From contig NC_069004.1 of the NCBI RefSeq assembly GCF_001194135.2, forward strand, positions 9,145,559 to 9,181,554: a DNA stretch of 35,996 nt. The letters run 5' to 3'. This document shows positions 35,637-35,996 of the stretch, piece after piece; positions within the stretch are counted from its first letter, which is position 1, and every line of letters begins with the position of its first letter. The stretch comes from Octopus bimaculoides. Taxonomy: Eukaryota. The notes below the pieces were generated by a model. That model was not told where the DNA came from. It saw only the letters and a list, made by a program, of their open reading frames with translations, and did no database searches. Position numbers and translations under genes: made by a program.

Positions 35637-35996
35637 CATCACATGGGAGTGGACAGGACGTTGTTCCTCGCCAAGAAAGTTGAGTCCGAGGTAACGAGGC
35701 GGAGCGTGCAGAGAGTGGTTAGCAGCTGTGACAGGTGCCAGTCTATTGACCCTGCTCCGGGCGTACATGAGGCAGGAAGTATTCCAGTGGCCCACAACTG
35801 GAAACGACTGGCAGTGGACGTAACACGCTACTGGCAGGGGACGTACCTCTCAATGGTTGACTGCAGTCCGGGGCGGTTGGCCATATGGAGGGAGATGAAG
35901 ACGGGGACTGCAGAGGAAATCGCAGGAGTGTTAAATGGGATATTCCTGGAACGAGGCCCCGTGGATGAGCTGCTGCTGGATAATGGCACTGCATTT
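35637..35996 (+). mobile_element. Gypsy-type LTR retrotransposon integrase, open frame running off the window end
   Basis: HHMGVDRTLFLAKKV...CDRCQSID (HHCC zinc finger), WKRLAVDVT (first catalytic D) and ELLLDNGTAF (second D). 120 codons without a stop. Confidence 0.85.

Overview
AT-rich, microsatellite- and retroelement-laden eukaryotic genomic DNA with five assembly gaps. The SINE, RTE and maT repeat content resembles a cephalopod (Octopus-like) genome; this is inference, not a database result. Most ORF-track entries are microsatellite, N-gap or decayed-transposon artefacts. The main signal is a minus-strand THEG/SPMAP2-like (testicular haploid expressed repeat) gene with an unusual layout. 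A candidate start exon (ATG-G|GTAAGT, ~18503-18506) and one 67-nt internal exon (15990-15924) are followed by FIVE tandem copies of a large terminal exon (14780, 10680, 9054, 6452, 4723). Each copy has the same TGTGTTTCTTTCAG acceptor in the same phase, an intact 171-177-codon frame, its own stop, a ~270-300-nt 3'UTR and a poly(A) hexamer, but no start codon or upstream exon of its own. This fits a constant-5'/variable-3' alternative-last-exon array, as in Drosophila lola or mod(mdg4). The copies are separated by co-duplicated Penelope-like retroelement remnants, and their proteins diverge strongly (A vs C ~65% aa identity, non-synonymous changes in excess by hand count). The rest of the window holds Gypsy, Tx1/L1, RTE, CRE-clade, maT and hAT-like fragments, SINEs and a hammerhead-like motif.
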